Of a stretch of 64,000 nucleotides of DNA, positions 61,786-64,000 are shown in pieces. The position numbers and the translations under genes were made by a program. Position 1 is the first letter of the stretch. Each line of letters begins with the position of its first letter. The notes beneath the pieces were generated by a model. That model did no database searches, was not told the DNA's origin, and saw only the letters and a program-made list of their open reading frames with translations. Source of the stretch: an uncultured Actinomycetota bacterium. Its GTDB lineage: Bacteria > Actinomycetota > Actinomycetes > JAFAQI01. The stretch is from NCBI GenBank assembly GCA_963770565.1, contig CAVYQE010000011.1:320001-384000 (forward strand). The letters run 5' to 3'.

Positions 61786-62514
61786 ATGGCACCCACCGAT
61801 CAGTTGGAGCCGGGGCGGCCACAGCCGCCCGATCCACTCGGCCAATTCGCCGCCGGGTTCGTGCACGACATCACCAACTCGCTCGGCGCGATCCTGAACT
61901 GCAGCGCGCTGCTTTCACGGCGACTGACCGACCCCGCCACCCTTCGCGACGTCAAGACGATCCAAGCCGCCGCGCAGCAGGCGCTCGAGCTGACCCGAGC
62001 CCTGGTCGCAGTCCTCGGCCAGCGGCCCTCGCACACCGAGCCGGTCGACCTGAACGACGTGGTTCGTGCCATTGCCGCGTCCTCCGGGCACGGCATCAAC
62101 TCGACGGTCCGGGTCCAGCTGGATCTTGCCGATGGCCCGCTGGTCTCGCTCGTGGATCGCGGCCAGTTTGAGCAGATCGTCGAGGCATTGACCCGGAACG
62201 GCTGCGAGGCGATGCCGGCCGGGGGTGAGCTCACGATCTCCACGCAGCAATCGCCCGATACCGAGGGTGCGGTCACCGTCCGGGTGACGGACTCGGGATA
62301 CGGCATGAGTCCGGAGGTCGCAGAGCGCGCGTTCGTACCGTTCTTCACCACGAAGCCGCGCGGGTCCGCCAGCGGCCTCGGGCTGGCTCTCGTCGACAAC
62401 CTGGTGCAGCGCAACGGAGGAGCCGTCGCGATCCACTCGGTGCTGGGTGAAGGGACCACCGTGACGCTCACCCTGCCCGCGGAAAGCCCGTCGACGCAGG
62501 TGCGCGATGGTTGA
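61786..62514 (+). CDS. Histidine kinase core (HisKA + HATPase) with no sensor domain
   Basis: H-box GFVHDITNSL, N-box RNGCEAM, DSGYGM, PFFTTK, GLGL. Confidence 0.85.
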   Translation: MAPTDQLEPGRPQPPDPLGQFAAGFVHDITNSLGAILNCSALLSRRLTDPATLRDVKTIQAAAQQALELTRALVAVLGQRPSHTEPVDLNDVVRAIAASSGHGINSTVRVQLDLADGPLVSLVDRGQFEQIVEALTRNGCEAMPAGGELTISTQQSPDTEGAVTVRVTDSGYGMSPEVAERAFVPFFTTKPRGSASGLGLALVDNLVQRNGGAVAIHSVLGEGTTVTLTLPAESPSTQVRDG

Positions 62515-63172
62515 GCCGGGCGCCGACCCGGTCAGCGTTCTGATCGTCGACGACCACCTGATGTTCGCCGAGAGCCTGGCTCGGTTGCTTCAGGACGAAG
62601 GCGACATCGCCGTGGTCGGGCTGGCTCCGAGCGGTGCGGACGCGATCGAGATGTCGGGGCGCCTCTCGCCGGACGTCGTCCTGATCGACTATCAGATGCC
62701 AGATCGCGACGGCGTGGAGATCTCGGCCGAGATCAAGGAGCGCAATCCGCAGATCATGGTGGTGATGCTCACCGGCACCTCGGACGACCGGGTGTTGCTC
62801 GCCTCGATCGAAGCCGGATGCTCCGGGTTCCTCACCAAGGACCGGGCCGCCTCCGAGGTGGCCATCGCGGTACGGTCGGCGGCCGCGGGCGAGGCGCTGA
62901 TCACGCCCGCACTGCTCGCCCGGTTGTTGCCCAAACTCAGCCGGCGCCAGGCCGGGGTTGGGACCGAGCTGACCGCTCGCGAGCGCGAGGTCATGGCGTG
63001 CATGGCCCGCGGCTGGTCCAACAAGACGACAGCGACCGAGCTGTATCTCAGCGTGAACACGGTCCGCAACTACACCCAGTCGATCCTGACCAAGCTCGGC
63101 GCTCATTCGAAGCTCGAAGCGGTCTCCAGGGCCGTGCGGGAGGGAATCGTCGACTACCCGAGCCACTCCTGA
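62507..63172 (+). CDS. NarL/LuxR-family response regulator
   Basis: LIVDDH, LIDYQMP, GFLTK, LTAREREV...LYLSVNTVRNY. Confidence 0.92.
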   Translation: MVEPGADPVSVLIVDDHLMFAESLARLLQDEGDIAVVGLAPSGADAIEMSGRLSPDVVLIDYQMPDRDGVEISAEIKERNPQIMVVMLTGTSDDRVLLASIEAGCSGFLTKDRAASEVAIAVRSAAAGEALITPALLARLLPKLSRRQAGVGTELTAREREVMACMARGWSNKTTATELYLSVNTVRNYTQSILTKLGAHSKLEAVSRAVREGIVDYPSHS

Positions 63173-63400
63173 GGGCTGATCCGCCGGCCCCGACGTGTGC
63201 TCGGCGGAGCCGGAAGAGGGTGCAATTGCATCCCCTTGACCGGTGATTACGCCTCTGTTTGAGCGGCCGCGAGATGTCGTTGTCACTACTGCGTGGGTCT
63301 CACGTGATTGCCCAGACCCTGCAACGCAAAGCGTGGGATCCACGCCCGTTGCAACGGATCCCCGATCCTTCAGCCCGTCGACCAGTCGCAAGGAGCCCGC

Positions 63401-63880
63401 ATGTTGCCACTGCCCGAGGATGAGACGTTCACCGCCTTCGTCAACGAGCTGAGCCGTCAGGGCGCCTCGGTGCGGACGATCGCCTCGGCGTTGAACCAGT
63501 CCGCGTGGGCCGACCCGAGCGGACGCAAGTGGCACTGGCGACAGGTGTCGGCGATCGTCGGCGTACCCACCGAACCGTCCAGCTCCGAGCCGCCCGCGGT
63601 GACCCGACCCCGCCCGGACCGGGCGTCGGCTCGACGGGTCGAGGTCCTTCGGGCCCTCCGTGACTGGCGGCCGTTCGACCAGTGGAATGTCGAGACGATC
63701 TGGCAGTACCACCAGGCCGGCGACTCGCTGACTGCGATCGCTCGAAGGATGAACCAGGCCGGTGTGCCCGCGCCGAACGGCCGGCAGTGGAACCGGTTCT
63801 GGGTTAACGTCATGCTTCACGCCCAGGAGGTTGCGACTGCTGGTGCCGACCGCGACGCGTGGATCGCACTGACCGCATAG
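63401..63880 (+). CDS. Protein with two tandem serine-recombinase DNA-binding (Recombinase-like) motifs and no catalytic domain
   Basis: GASVRTIASALN...PSGRKWHWRQV and GDSLTAIARRMN...PNGRQWNRFWV; AAGGAG RBS. Confidence 0.6.
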   Translation: MLPLPEDETFTAFVNELSRQGASVRTIASALNQSAWADPSGRKWHWRQVSAIVGVPTEPSSSEPPAVTRPRPDRASARRVEVLRALRDWRPFDQWNVETIWQYHQAGDSLTAIARRMNQAGVPAPNGRQWNRFWVNVMLHAQEVATAGADRDAWIALTA

Positions 63881-64000
63881 CGCGGCCGCGCCTATCGAGG
63901 CGTGCCGATGCTCACGAAGTACTCGTCGCGGGGTGGTGCGGGTTCGCGGGCAGGTCGGTCGATCGGAGGACGAGGCACCCGGACGTCGACCACGATCGTT

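Overview
High-GC actinobacterial chromosome segment; gene content and order resemble Frankiales/Streptomycetales-type genomes (taxonomy is inference). 1-36.9 kb is mostly a conserved core region: truncated IS21 istA, tRNA-Gly, tRNA-Pro, tig-clpP1-clpP2-clpX, an inverted short-type valS, folC, ndk, mreBCD-mrdA(frameshifted)-rodA, a radical SAM pair, rne, rplU-rpmA-obgE, proB/proA, MoxR/VWA, nadD, LCP, rsfS, a phosphatase and tRNA-Ala. 36.9-64 kb is accessory: three tandem secreted Vgb-propeller/FN3 genes, furA-katG, a 13-kb wall-polymer locus (two GT2-TagF polymerases, four sulfotransferase-like genes, a cytidylyltransferase and an EgsA-like glycerol-1-phosphate dehydrogenase), a fluoride riboswitch with two crcB genes, a USP, a two-component pair and a recombinase-domain protein. 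The most notable structure not explained by these genes is a 31-bp palindromic repeat (TAGCCCCACCRATGGGCCATGCGTGGGGCTA) at five intergenic loci. Two of them bracket an AbiEi-like/DUF559 nuclease-fold gene inserted between DUF4233 and ndk, an arrangement reminiscent of a REPtron but with a different enzyme. Three further unrelated palindromic intergenic elements are also present. All calls come from motif recognition by eye; no database searches were run.
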